Shown: positions 25,004 to 37,919 of the stretch, one piece after another
Layout of the letters: each line of letters starts with the position of its first letter
How positions within the stretch are numbered: the first letter of the stretch is position 1
Assembly (NCBI RefSeq): GCF_018350175.1
Contig: NC_058383.1
Span: forward strand, 13,394,001 to 13,458,000
DNA: 64,000 bases
Direction of reading: 5' to 3'
Source of the DNA: Felis catus
Taxonomy: Eukaryota
Made by a program: the position numbers and the translations under genes
Notes under the pieces: model-generated
Told to the model about the DNA's origin: nothing
The model's database searches: none
Seen by the model: only the letters and a program-made list of their open reading frames with translations

Positions 25004-25125
25004 GGGGTGCCTGGGTGGCTTAGTGGGTTAAGTGTCCGTCTCTTGATTTTGGCTTAGGTCTTGATCTCATGGTTATGACATTGAGACCTGCATTGGCTCA
25101 GACCTGAGGGTTGAGCCTGCTTGGG

Positions 25126-25175
<50 letters not shown>

Positions 25176-25202
25176 ATTAAATAAGTATATAAACTTAAAA
25201 AA
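25004..25202 (+). mobile_element. CanSINE with expanded (CT)n
   Basis: Head ggggtgcctgggtggct; pure (CT)n at about 25128-25174; TSD aaata(t/c)gaacacc. Confidence 0.92.
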
Positions 25203-26259
25203 AAATACGAACACCTTCTGCAAAGTGCCTGACATACGGTGTACATAGCTCAGTTAATTTCTTCCTACATTCCTTGCTTCTCAGAACTGGCTGTGGTTCT
25301 CCATGTAGGTAGGGTCTGCTTTGCCAACTTCTTATTAAGGATTGAGGGAAAAAGAAAGAGCAAGAGGGGAGGAATACCAGGCTTTTTCTAGAGGAGCCAA
25401 TATATGGAAATTACCCTTGTTTCTTCTCTGAAGTAGTAAAGGTCACAGCAGTAGTTGCAAAACCCGTAGGCTGCCTACCGCCTTCCACACATTCAGCATT
25501 ACTATTCTTGCCTATTTTACCCTTAGGCATCCTTTATTTCTTGCACAGATGGTCTCACTCAGGCCTAACAAAATGTTTTAAGCTTTGCATAAATTAAAAC
25601 AAGAGGTCTCTAAGTACAAGAGTGCAACTTTTTTTTAACTTGAAAACAACTATGCTGGCATCTTCTACAAAATTACAGCCTTAAGCCAGGTTTCCATAAT
25701 CAGTTTTCCTTAAAAAAAGCAAAGGAGGGGGAGAATGTGTTAGTGTATATATGTATGTACCAAATACAGAAGTGATTCTAATCAATGGTTATATGGCTTT
25801 TTTCTGTTCAGTGTTCCTCTGAAGGTTAAGCAGGTACTGGTTGTGATGCAGCTTGAAAACAAATAGATTCGGAAGTGTTTGGGGAGGCTAGGATTTCTGC
25901 GTTCCTTCATTAGTTCTGTACATGGTAACTGGTGAGACCTTGAGGCCACACGATCTCCCTCCTAGACCTGTTTACTATACACCACATCACCTGGGCTTCT
26001 CCAGACCAAATTATGCTGTGGTTGAAAGAAAGCGGTGAGCCAGCTCTGAAAGAGAAAGTCACTGTTGCTCCCAACTCTGTCACAGCCTGTCCCAAATCAA
26101 TGACACATGGCACATTTCATTCTTAAGATAACTGGGAGATAATGAGCATGATCTTCTAGAGACATCACCTCCATTTAGACTTAAATAACATCAGTGAAAG
26201 GATGATGCTACAGATTTTTTCTACTCAACTTATCTACTCTTAACAAGGTGGACTTCATT

Positions 26260-26321
26260 TATTTTTATTTATTTATTTTTAAATACTTATTTAGAGAGAG
26301 AGAGATGAGCAGGGGAGGAAC

Positions 26322-26383
<62 letters not shown>

Positions 26384-26517
26384 AGAATCCCAAGCAGGCT
26401 ATGCACTATCAGCGCCAAGCCCAACGCAGCGCAGGGCTCCATCCCATGAACGATGAGCCGAAACCAAGAGTCAGATGCTTAACCAACTGAGCCCACCCCC
26501 CCCCCCCCCAGGCACCC
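26260..26517 (-). mobile_element. CanSINE with long (GA)n and internal C-run
   Basis: SINE body; (GA)n at about 26324-26380; C14 at 26496-26509. Confidence 0.9.
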
Positions 26518-26579
26518 TGGGTTGACTCATTTAATAGACTGCGACTTGTAATGAAGCTTATTATAAATTGATGAGCTTT

Positions 26580-26752
26580 GGGGCACCTGGGTGTCTCAGT
26601 CAGTTGAGCATCCAACTTCAGCCCAGGTCATGATCTTGTACTTTGTGAGTTTGTCAGCTCAGAGCCTGCTTCAGATCCTCTGTCTCCCTCTCTCTCTGCC
26701 CTTCCCCTGCTTACGCTATCAAAAAATAAATAAAATTTTAAAAATATTTTTA
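26580..26752 (+). mobile_element. CanSINE, internally deleted
   Basis: gtgagttt joined directly to gtcagctcagagcc; TSD aaattgatgag. Confidence 0.88.
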
Positions 26753-26819
26753 AAAATTGATGAGATTTCGTTCACTCTTGAGGCGTTAGACCGGACCAAC
26801 TCTTACATTTTACCAGGAT

Positions 26820-27140
26820 AATAATAGTAAGAGAACCTGCCATGTATTGAGCTCCTACTGTGTGTCAGGTACTATGTGATTTGTTTTTATATTCTTTATT
26901 TATCATCATATTATGGGCCCATTATAGAAAAATTGGAAAATACAGTAGGAAAAAATTTATCTATTATTCCTTCATTTTTCACAGTTAACATTTTCACATA
27001 TTATCTCCTGATTTCTCTGCATTTCCTTATGTAGTAGTGCTCATACTTAGCTAGATTGTACTGTAAATATCACACTAGATATTATATTTGCCTTTTTCAC
27101 TTAATACCATAAGCCTGCTTTCCTATTATTAAGAAGTCTT
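26820..27140 (-). mobile_element. MIR fragment followed by ancient L1ME 3' fragment
   Basis: tattgagctcctactgtgtgtcagg; attatagaaaaattggaaaatacag...cctttttcacttaata. Confidence 0.5.
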
Positions 27141-27141
27141 T

Positions 27142-27363
27142 GGTGCACCTAGTCGGCCTAGTCAGTTAAGTGTCCGACCCTTGACTTGGGCTTGGGTCAT
27201 GATCTCACAGTTCGGTTCATGAGATCGAGCCCCACATCAGGCTCCGCACTGACAGTGGGAGGCTGCTTGGGATTCTCTCTCTGTCTCTTTCTCTCTCTCT
27301 CTCTGTCTCTCTCTCTGCCCTTCCTCAACTCTAAAAATAAATAAACATTAAAATTTTTTTTTA
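27142..27363 (+). mobile_element. CanSINE
   Basis: Full body; TSD gaagtcttt. Confidence 0.9.
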
Positions 27364-28041
27364 AATGAAGTCTTTGTTAAAATCAAATTGTTTTTAAAAT
27401 TAGAGAGGCCCGTATAGAATCAGGTAATGCCATCTAGGACATATAAACTACCTTTAAAAATGAATCCAACCCTTAGATGAAATCTAGTAGCCAACTACTA
27501 GATTCTCTTCTAACAAAGAGAATGTTTTCCTGTGTTACAGCATCTCCTAGGAATCGTTTCAAAAGAATTGAATGGTCAAAATCCTCAGTTCCTTAGGTTC
27601 TTGAGTTTCTCATCCCTTTAAAAGAACACACTCTAAACATTTCTGTGAATAACTAAGGGGAAGCAGGACACTTGTCATGAGAACATGACCACTTTGCGTC
27701 ACCATTTGATGCAATAGGTAGACCTTAGGGCTTTTTTCATTCCACTGTGATTCTACATAGATTCTACCTGTATTCATGACCACTTGGATCACATAAAAAA
27801 GTAGTACATTTTCAGTAAAATGGAGTGTTTTGATCCTTCTCGTTGGCCTTGAACTGTTTATAAATCCTAAACTTAATTGTTAGAAATAAGTGCAAGACTG
27901 CCGAGAAGGAGCACATTGTTTTTGAAAACCTTGACAGAACAACTTTATCCAGGTATGTAAATCCTCTTGTGAAGAATATGTTAACAAGTCACCGCTAATA
28001 ATGTAACACTCTTTAGGCTGTGATTAAGAAGTCACGGTAGA

Positions 28042-28268
28042 GGGGTGCTTGGGTGACTCAATTGGTTAAGCGTTCGACTCTTGATTTCGGCTTAGGTTAT
28101 GATTTCACAGTCTGTGGGATTGAGCCCCATGTAGGGCTCTGCACTGACAGTGCGGAGCCTGCTTGGGAGTCTCTTCCTCACTCTCTCTCTCTGCCTCTCC
28201 CTCATTCTTTTGCACACTCTCACTCTCTCTCTCAAAATAAATAAATGTGAAAAAATTTTTTGAAAAAA
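28042..28268 (+). mobile_element. CanSINE
   Basis: Full body; TSD aagtca(c/t)ggtaga. Confidence 0.93.
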
Positions 28269-28816
28269 AAAGTCATGGTAGAAACTGGCAGTAATTTTAT
28301 ATAATCCAAGGGTCCAAATACTTGATGGTCAATAATGATTTGCTATTTGAATGCTTACAATGAATCACTTGCAGCAAACATTTTTTTAAAACTAAACAAT
28401 GATTTTTGTTTTACTTGTTTTGAACTTTATATAAAGTAAATGGAGTCAGCTCTGAGGGTTAGTTTTCCTGCTCCTTGGTTCCTGAGAGTCAGCTGTGTCC
28501 TTGTATGTACCTATTATGATGTGTTCATTTTCACTGCTGTCCAGCATTCCATTGTTTCAGTGTTCCACAGTTTACATATCCTTTCTGTCAGTAGACAAAG
28601 GACAGGATAGATAGTTTCCAGTCTTGAGCTGAGACAGATAGTGCTATAGGACTGTTCTTTGATGTGTCCCCTGGCACATATTCTTGAATTTTTCCTAGGA
28701 TTAGAAATGCTGGGACTGAGGGTATACACCTAGTGAACATAATTGGATAATAACAAGTTAATTTCAAAACTAATTATGCAAATTTCCACTCTCACTAGTT
28801 TGGTAAGTATGTTACA

Positions 28817-28870
28817 GTTTATTTCTTTTAGAGAGAGAGTGGGAGCAGAGGAGAGGGGTAGAAGGGGGGG

Positions 28871-28926
<56 letters not shown>

Positions 28927-29047
28927 CCTTCAGCAGACTCCACACTCAGTGCAGAACCTGACACGTGGGGCTTGATCCCACAACCCTGGGAACCTGAGCC
29001 AAAATCAAGAGTTGGATGTTCAACTGACAGAGCCACCTAGGCACCCC
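28817..29047 (-). mobile_element. CanSINE
   Basis: (GA)n plus SINE head ...agagccacctaggcacccc. Confidence 0.9.
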
Positions 29048-29116
29048 ACTGTTCTACATTCTTACCAATACTCTCACTGCCAGACTTAACTTTTTGCCAG
29101 TGGTATAAGTATGGAA

Positions 29117-29121
<5 letters not shown>

Positions 29122-29174
<53 letters not shown>
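29122..29174. repeat. (TG)~26 microsatellite
   Basis: Perfect dinucleotide run, followed by a poly(T) run at about 29200-29220. Confidence 0.98.
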
Positions 29175-29175
<1 letters not shown>

Positions 29176-29749
29176 CCTCACTGTGGTTTTAATTTTAACT
29201 TTTTTTTTTTTTTTTTTTTTGCTTATTCTGACATTTGTTTCTGAGCTTGCATCTTTGGATCTTTTATCCATGTTTCTATATTGATGATGGACATTTTCTT
29301 ATATGCTTAGAAGAGTACTTTATATATCTTGATCACCACTCCTCTGTGAGTAATGTATGGTACCAATCATTTGCTAGATTGTAGCTTCTCTTTTTTATTT
29401 ATGGTGTCTTTTGATGAACAGAAGTTCTTAATTTTAAAATAGTTGAATTTACCAAACCTTTCCTGTATAGTTTGTATTTTTTTGGTATCTTGTTTTAAGA
29501 ATTTTTCCTCTACTCTGAAGCCCTAAAGGTACTTAAAGGTATTCTATATTATTTTCTTAAAAGTGTCCTGGTTTTATCTTTCACATTTATCTAATCCATG
29601 TAGAATTAAATTTTCTGTACAGTGTTAGATAAGGGTTGAATTTTATTTTTCTCCATATGGTGAAGCATCTATATGACCACGGTGTATTGAAAAGTCTGTT
29701 CATTCCTCAGTAATCTGAGGGACCTACTCTGTTATAAATTAAGTCTCTA

Positions 29750-29920
29750 GGGATGCCTGTGTGGCTCAGTCGGTTAAGCATCCAACTTCAGCTCAGGTCA
29801 TAATCTCAGGACTTGTGAGTTCGAGGCCCACATCGGGCTCTGTGCTGACAACTCAGAGCCTGGAGCCTGCTTCAGATTCTGTCTCCCTCTCTCTCTCTCT
29901 CTGCCCCTCCTCTGCACACT

Positions 29921-29957
<37 letters not shown>

Positions 29958-29990
29958 AAATAAACATTAAGAAATTAAAAAATAAAAAAA
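29750..29990 (+). mobile_element. CanSINE (SINEC_Fc2-like)
   Basis: Full body, (CT)n, A-rich tail. Confidence 0.93.
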
Positions 29991-30491
29991 GTAAATTCTC
30001 TAAATCTGCGTAGGTTTGTTGTTGAGCTTTCTTTTACATTAGTGGATTTATTTATATGCCAACACTATACTGATTTAATTACTACAACTTTTAAGCAGTG
30101 TTTGGTACCTTTTACCAAACACTCCTCACCCACTACATGGACATGCTATTTTCCAGGGGTATCTTGGTGATCCTTGACTCATTGCTCTTCCATGTAAATA
30201 TCAGAATCCTCTCATTAGGTCCCAGATCCTCAAGAAAAGTTGAATTTTCATTGATATTGCATAGCATGCTGGAGAATTTAGAAGGAATTGACATCTTTAT
30301 GACCTTCGTTCTTGTGATTCTTGAACATAATATTTATGTCCATTTATTTAAATATTTTTTGCTCTTCCATAAAATTTTATCATTTTTTTCTATGTGGTTT
30401 TCTACAGTGTATGGGCACATTTCTATTAGATTTATTCCTAAGTACTTAATTTTTTATGTTATTGTAAATGTCATTTTAGAATATTTTCTTT

Positions 30492-31051
30492 ACAACAATT
30501 CCACTTCTTGGGATATTCCCAAAAGGATTGAAAGCAAAGATGTGAACAGATATTTATATACTAATATATATAAATTTATAGCAACACTATTCACAACAGA
30601 CAAAGGTGGAAACAACTCAAATGTTTGTTGACTGATGAATGGATAAAAAAATATGTAGTATATCCATGTAATGGAATATTATTCAGCCTTCAAAAAAGAG
30701 GAATTCTGACATAGGCTGCAAATAACATGAACCTTGAAAGCACTCTACTAAGTGAAACAAGATAGTCACTAGGGACAAATACTGTATGACTCCACATATA
30801 TGAGGTGGCTAGATTAGTCAAATTCATAGAGACAGAAAGTTAGAATGGTGGTTATCAGTGGCTAGGGCAGAAAGAAATGAGGAGTTGCTATTTAATGGAT
30901 ATGGAGTTTCAATTTAGGGAGATAATAGAAATTCTGGAGATGAATGGTACTGGTGGTCACAACATTATAGCATACTTAATGCCATTGAACTCTGTATTTA
31001 ATGGTTAAAATGGTAAAGTTTATGCTATGTACATTTTACCGCAATAAAAAA
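30492..31051 (+). mobile_element. L1MB-type 3' end inserted in opposite orientation into the older L1
   Basis: caattccacttcttggga...gactgatgaatggataaa...tggaatattattcagcctt...aaaatggtaaagtttatgctatgtacattttaccgcaataaaaa. Confidence 0.85.
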
Positions 31052-31804
31052 TTACATGTTCCACAATTTCTTGCTGGTGTATAAGAATGCATTTGATTTT
31101 TGTGTATTTATTTTGTATCTAGCAACCTTGCCAAACTCTTATTAATTCTGGGAATTCTTTTGCACCTTCATCCAGGTTTAATTTTCATGCAGTCATGTCA
31201 TATGTATATATGGTAACAGTTTTGTTTCTTTTCTAATCTTTTACTTCTGTTTCTTCTTGTTGGTTTACTCAGTTCGCTAGGAAATTGAGTAAAATGATAA
31301 ACAGAAATGGTGACAGTAGGATTCCTTGCCTTAATCTTAAGAGTCACTTTGAACTTTTCCCATTAAATCGAGTGCATGTTTTTTGTTTTGGTTTGTTTTT
31401 AGGTAGTCTTTATCAGATGAAAGGATTTCCCTTCTATTTCTAGTTTAAGATTTAATTTTTGTCATGAATGATTGCTGAATTTTATTATACATCCTCTATA
31501 TCCATTGAAATATGAGTTTCTCTAACCTGTTAGTGTGATAAAATATAATAATTGATTTTCTAATGTTAAATCAATCTATAATCCCTCAGTTAAACCCAAA
31601 TTGATGATGATGTATTATATTTTCACATAATGATGCATTCAGTTTTCTAACATTGTACTTAGGCCTTTTCATTTAAGTTCAATTTTTTCTGAAATTGTCT
31701 TTGTGAGAGCTATTATCAAGTTTATCTTAACTTAAGAAAATGAATGTCAGAGTAGAATCTTTTCTGCCTTTTTTGTTCAGTAGAATTGACTGTTTAAAGC
31801 CAAA

Positions 31805-31995
31805 AAGATTGTCAAACTTTTTCAGTAAAGGTAGATAGTAAGTATTCTAGGCTCTGTGAACCACATGGTCTCTGTTACAGGTCCTCAGTTCCATTATTGT
31901 ACCATGACAGCAGGCATAGGCAATGCATATATGAATGAGTGTTGTTGTGTTTACTTACAAAACTGACAGCAGGCCATATTTAAACCAGGCAACTC
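31805..31995 (+). mobile_element. hAT MITE, MER58A-like
   Basis: caaactttttcagtaaagg...atagtaagtattctaggctctgtgaaccacatggtctctgttaca. Confidence 0.7.
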
Positions 31996-32495
31996 CTAGT
32001 TTACATCATTTGAGACTGGAATTTCTTCATAAAGATTTGTGTAAAAATTTTCTCATTCCATTTTTTTGTTAGAATTTCATTCAAATATTTTATTCTTTCT
32101 TGCATCAACTTTATTGTTTTATATCTCTAGTAATGTGTCTGCTTCATTGAAGCTTTCAAATTTATTAAAATTTAGATATACTGTGTTACCTTTTAAACAT
32201 CTGCTTTGTAATTAATTCTCTTTCATTTTTTGTAGTTGGTTATTTGTGCTATTTATATTGTTGTTGTTTGTTTTCTCTTGATCTTTCTTGCTAAGAATTT
32301 ATCAATTGTTTTAGCCTCTTCAAAAAACCAACCTTTTAGCCTTAATTTTCTTCTATATTTATATGCTTCTTTGTGTTTTTAATTTTAGTTTTTGCTTATG
32401 ACTTTATTATTTTTTCCAATATTTTATGTTTAATTTTTTTATAGTATTGAATTTGAGATGGATATATAGGTAATTAATGCTTTTATCATTTTTAA

Positions 32496-32537
<42 letters not shown>
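32496..32537. repeat. (TA)n microsatellite
   Basis: Near-perfect run with one CA interruption. Confidence 0.95.
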
Positions 32538-32539
<2 letters not shown>

Positions 32540-32682
32540 TAAAGCTATAAATTGTCCTCTAAGTACTGCTTTAGCTTCATTTCACAAATTTTGATATGTC
32601 ATATTTTTGTTACTGTTTAATTAAATCATCTTTTATTTTTCTCTGATTTTTTTCTTTGTCCTATATTTAGAAGTATATTTCT

Positions 32683-32903
32683 CTTTTTTAAGGTTTTTAA
32701 AAATTATTTGTGAGGAAGTTTGCACATCAGTGAGAGCATGAGTGGGGGAGGGGCAGAGAGAGAGGAAGAGAGAGAATCCCAAGTGGGCTACACACTGCCA
32801 GCTCCGAGCCCAATACAGGGCTTGAACCCACAAACCATGAGATCATGACCTGAGCCGAAATCAAGAGTAGGATGCTTAACCAAATGAGCCACCCAGGTGC
32901 CCC
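32683..32903 (-). mobile_element. CanSINE
   Basis: Perfect 15-bp TSD tagaagtatatttct at 32668 and 32904. Confidence 0.95.
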
Positions 32904-33566
32904 TAGAAGTATATTTCTTGATTTCAGATGTATGGCTGTTTTCTAGATTTTTTTTCTTTCTGTTAATAGAAACATGAGATTTAGTTTACTAAGATTTTAG
33001 TTTACTGAGATTTACTTGGTGGCCATTATGTTAGTTTTCCTAAGTGGTCTGTGATTGTTTGGGAAAATATAGAAATCCTACAGTTGTTGAATTTAGTGTT
33101 ATTTAAATGTACAGTAAACCAAACATGTTAGGTTTGTTGTTGAAACCATATATATTAGTATTTATTATTCTGTTTGATGTATCAAGTACTGACAGAGGAA
33201 TGTTAAAATCTCACAGCATGATTGTGGTGTAATTCTCGCAGATTTTGCCATATGTGTATATTTATTTCCTTGAGGTTATGAAACGTTGTATATATTGTTA
33301 GAATCACTAGGTGCTCCTGAGGAATAATTTATTATTCCAATGACATTTTGATCCATAGATTTTTTTCTTTAAAGTCTGTTTAACCTCATTCAATTCTAGC
33401 TAGAGCAGCATACCTTTAGTTCCTATTTCCCAGATTTTTAGAAGATGTCTTTTTACTTGTGACTCCTCCATCTCCTTATGTTTTAAACATGTCTCTTATA
33501 AGGACTGCATAGATTGATTTTTTTAAGCCAATCCAATTTGAAAATCTTTGTCTTTTAACTGGAGGG

Positions 33567-33629
33567 TTTTTTTTTTAATTTTATTTAAATCCAAGTTAGT
33601 TAAGATATAGTGTAATAATGATTTCAGGA
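33567..33629 (-). mobile_element. Extremely 5'-truncated carnivore L1 (3' tip)
   Basis: poly(T) plus ttatttaaatccaagttagttaagatatagtgtaata...tttcagga; degenerate TSD taact(g/t)gag. Confidence 0.7.
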
Positions 33630-34588
33630 TAACTTGAGCTTTCAGTCCATTTATGTTCATTGTTATTAGTAATAAATCAGGACTGATTTAATGTGTTCAA
33701 TTTCTACCATTCTATATTTTTTTCTCATTTCTTGTGTTACTTTGGTTTTTCTCACTTCATTTTTACTTCAGTGATATTACAAATGATGTATATGATTTCA
33801 GCTCTTTTGATGCTTACTTAAGAAATTTTACAGACACCGATGTCTGGAGTTATTCAGGAGAAGAAAGATACTAATTAATACAGGGAACTTTGAACACCTG
33901 AAACCTCATTGCCCTTTTGGCTGTTTGTTAATGCTGTGTCTTAATTCTGTTTTTTAACACCAGCAGATGTTGTTATTGTTGTTGCTGTTATCTTATATAG
34001 CTGAGGTTATTTTAGATTTGAGTGTACATGTCCCTCTTTTTTACTCTTCTTTGTTTTTATTTATTTATTTATTTGCATATCACACCCTCCATTTTGGATC
34101 ATTTTTATTGTATGTAATCTATCTATCCTTTAGAGATTTCTTTACTTCTAACAAAATTTTTTATTCTATTAAATTTTAGGTTGATAATTTTCTTTTAACA
34201 CATTGAGGGCATCATCCTAGTGTCTTCAAGATTCTGTACCTGTGGGGTTGAAATGCCAGCTGTTGTTTGTTATAACATTGAATGTAGTTTGTTCTTTCTC
34301 TGCCTGCTTTTAAGTCTTTCTTTGATTTTTAAGTGTTCTGGAGCTTACTGCTATGCCTCTAGACATATACTTCTTTTTGCTTGTCCTGCTTAGAACTTTT
34401 TGCCTTCTTGTATCTTTGAAATGGTATTTTTCAACAGGTTTGGAAAACTGTTCATTTGAATTTTATTTAAATAATTGGTTATTCCCCATTTTCTCTTCTT
34501 TTCTCTCATAATTAAAAACACATGTTTGTTAGATGTTTTTTTTTTTCTCTCTTCCATGTCAGTACTACGTTCCAGAAAGTTCCTTATA

Positions 34589-35452
34589 TAGTAAAACCTT
34601 GGCTTGCGAGCATAATTCATTCCAGAAACATGCCTGTAATCCAACACACTTGTATATCAAAGCAAATTTCCCCATAAGAAATAATGGAAGCTCAGATGAT
34701 TTGTTAATGATTACAATATTGTAATATAATACAGAATAATCAAGGAAATACAGAATATAAAGAAAAATAAGCAAATTAATGTGCACTTACCTTTGAAAAC
34801 CTTCATGGCTGGTGTGAGGGAAACCAGAGAGAATAGGATTATTGTGTATAACTTTCACTATCAATAATGGAATCACTGCTATCTATTGGCTCAATGGAAT
34901 CTTTTTCTACATGGGGACCATCGTATATGCTCACACGGATGTTGACTACAGTACAGCATTAATAAACTCTTGTCGTGTGCTGTATTTAATGTAACTGGCA
35001 ATAAGGCAGCAGAGGAAAGGGTCTCTATCTGTGGGCAGTCTGACCTAGAATGAAGCAAAACATTCCTAAGCTTCCTCTTGTCTGGAAAAGCAAAGGACTG
35101 TTCACAGGTGCCTTCATGTGACAAAAATGCACGAGTCCCAGTTGTGGGCACCTTCCAGTGTTCTGAAAAATCACTGATTTGTGCCCCCTGCAGCCTGAGA
35201 CCGAGCATCCGGGCATGGGAGGTGATCACTCACAATCCTGTAGAGAAAGAGAAAGAGAGAGGGAGGAGGGAGAGAGGGAGAGAGAGAGAGAGAGAGAACC
35301 TTTGGCTCAGTTGTGATCAGGTAATATCCAGCATCACGTACTACTCGTATTGCAAGACATCACTCATTTATCAAGTTAAAATTTATTAGAAATGTTTGCT
35401 TGTCCTGCAGAACACTCACAGAACAAGTTACTGGCAACCCAAGGTTTTGCTG
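34589..35452. mobile_element. Non-autonomous Tc1/mariner Tigger-family DNA transposon (probably carnivore-lineage, Tigger2a_Car-like)
   Basis: 22-bp terminal inverted repeats matching 18/22 (tagtaaaaccttggcttgcgag vs revcomp cagcaaaaccttgggttgccag), TA on both flanks. Confidence 0.85.
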
Positions 35453-35569
35453 TATTTGTCTTTCGTTTTGCTAATTGGCTCTTCACTGGTAAACAACCTG
35501 TTGATAAACTTGATTACTGAGAATTTTTATTTTGATTAATATTTATTTCTATAGGTTTTTAAAATTTGT

Positions 35570-36770
35570 CATCTCATTTGGAAATAATTTCAAGCTTAAA
35601 CATATTGTAAGAACAACAACTCTGTGAATTACAACCTATATGATTTTTATTCAAATTTAGCTGTTGTCATTTTATCCCATTAGCTTTATTATTTGCTTTT
35701 TGTCTTTCGTGTATATTCTTTTTCCTGAGACTTTGAGGGTAAATCGAATACTTATAACATTTTGCCCCAAATAATCGAGTTTATTTATCTTAACAATGGG
35801 AATATTCTCTCTCAGTTTATTTATGAACTTGAGTAAATATAACATTGGTGCAATACTTTTGTCTAATTACCGTCTGTATGGCAGTTGACCTGATATTTTC
35901 CTTTATGGTATTTTTCTCCTCAACACAAAATACAGTCCAGGGTCAGATATTATAATGAGTTGTCATATCTCTTTAGCCTTCTTTAATTTGGAATGTTTCC
36001 ATGGTCTTTTAACATTGGCGTTTTTAAAGAATACACCCTTCCCCTAATGCCCCACATCTTTTACTGAAATAGAATGTTTTTCCTTTGGGGGTATCTGAAG
36101 TTTCTTCATGATTATATTGAGATTATGCATCTTGGGTTAGAATATTACATAAATGGTGCTTTTTTTCCTCAGGGTATCATATCTGGAGACCCGCAATATC
36201 CATCTTTCTCTCATTGGTGTTATTAACTGTGATCATTCAGTCCCAATGTCCATTTTTCCCACTGTGTAATTACTGCTTTTTCACATCTGGAACAAGTAAC
36301 GATCTCTGAGACACTTGAAGATCACGAGGATAGCTTGTTCATCACTGACATTTCCGCCAGTGTCTAAGTCCGTTGACAATTGGTTCTTGCTTGGTCCAGT
36401 CTTTACCAGGATGGTTGGAAAGTGATGATTTCTCAAACTCTGCTTCTCCCTCGGAATTTACCAGTCCTCATTATTCTAATGTAAACAAAAACTATACTTC
36501 CCTCCTTTTGAAAATTTATCTAGTCTGTATAAATTTATGAATTCCTATTTTCCCCAGCAGTCTTAAATTCAATACTTAATTCATACTTAGTTATTTTCAT
36601 ACTTAACAGTTTTAATACAGTTGTCCCAGATTTGGCTAGTGGTAAATGCATCTAAACTGAATCTCATGTCCTCGTGATGTGCTCTTATCATTGTTTTGAG
36701 CACTTTTCTCACTTCATGGCATAATGAGATGTCATTCTATAGCTATCCTGCCTTAGTCCTGGGATCAGTA
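35570..36770 (-). mobile_element. L1MC4-like 3' UTR
   Basis: tttggaaataatttcaagctt...gtccagggtcagatattataatgagttgtcatatctcttta...ttgtcccagatttggctagtgg. Confidence 0.65.
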
Positions 36771-36789
36771 AAACAAAGTGTTTTTTTTT

Positions 36790-37620
36790 TTTCTTTCCAA
36801 AGTTATTGACTCTCTAAAATTCTTCTTTTTGAAGCTTCAAACATAATACTACGTTTAAAATTCCAGGGCCTGCAGCATCAGCATTGATTCATGTATCTCT
36901 TCATTGTATCCACTAGCTTTCACTTATGGTGTTGTGTTTCTTTACTTGTTTGGTGATTTTTTTTATCGTAAATTTCTCATTTTCTATGGAACTTTATTTG
37001 TAATAATTTCTTGAAACCTGGGACAAAGGTAGCTTTTAACAGGCATTTAATTTTTCATTTCTCTATCAGAACTACCAATGTGAGACCTTTTTGTAATCTC
37101 AGATTGAGATTTTGCAGACCACTACATGTAAATTAAGGCTTTAAATCTATATGAGGTTTAGCTTGTCATTATGAGCCATCAGAGGAGTGTTTTTCTCTCA
37201 CCTGCAATATTGGCGATGGGAAATTGTCATTGAACTTACTGGAGGGGAAGATAGCTTATTTCTGGTTCACCTGGCACTGAATATGTAGGCCTTCCATGCC
37301 CAACTCTGTTGGGAAGTCTCCTATCAAATTTCTGGCCTTAGGTGGGCCCTGTACTTTCCTCTTGGTCCTTGGATTTGCAAGGACTTGAAACCAAGGGTAA
37401 AATTCAGCATAGTTTGGCAAATACTCTCAAGGCAAAACCTAGAAACTTTTTTTGTTTTCTTAGCGCTGCTTTTGGCCTGACTATTGCTTATTATCTGGCC
37501 GTGGATATAGATTATAAGGGTATTTTAAAATTCATTTTCTTTCATTTTTTTAATTGTTTTCAGTGCAAGATTAACTTTTGGTATGTAATCTTCCGTGGCA
37601 TGAGCCTAGAGATAGCCATG
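36790..37620 (-). mobile_element. Ancient L1 5' region remnant
   Basis: tttcacttatggtgttgtgtttctttacttgtttggtgatttt...; likely continues the 28.4-34.5 kb element. Confidence 0.4.
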
Positions 37621-37919
37621 CTTCTGTTAACACATTGATGCCCTGCAAACTGAACCAAAATATTCCTCTATAAAGCTCAAGCAGTTTGGTTTTTTTTCCC
37701 CAACAGAGAAAGTCTAAACATTAACTTATTTCTCTCATTCCAGGATTTGCTCATATGCTTTCAAACATAGATTATTCTTTCTTCTTAAGAGGGATTAATA
37801 TTTCATTATTCCATAAAGCTCTACAAATAGCTTCTTGTTTTGCAGAGAGCATCGTGGATTCCAGGTGCTTTGTAACCTGATCAAGATTGAGAATCGCTGA
37901 TGCAACCAAATTGAATCAC

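Larger units (their letters stand above)
28390..34480 (-). mobile_element. Long ancient L1ME-type element (3' UTR plus ORF2 remnants) with many nested insertions
   Basis: Continuous antisense L1 motifs: ttttgatgaacagaagttcttaatttt, gaattgacatctttatga, gtatctagcaaccttgccaaactcttattaattct, tactgctttagcttcatttcacaaattttgatatg. Confidence 0.75.

Noticed and set aside
30098..30631. Longest ORF (177 aa, hydrophobic)
   Set aside because: Chance read-through from antisense L1 into a sense L1MB fragment; non-ATG start; the hydrophobicity reflects T-rich DNA.
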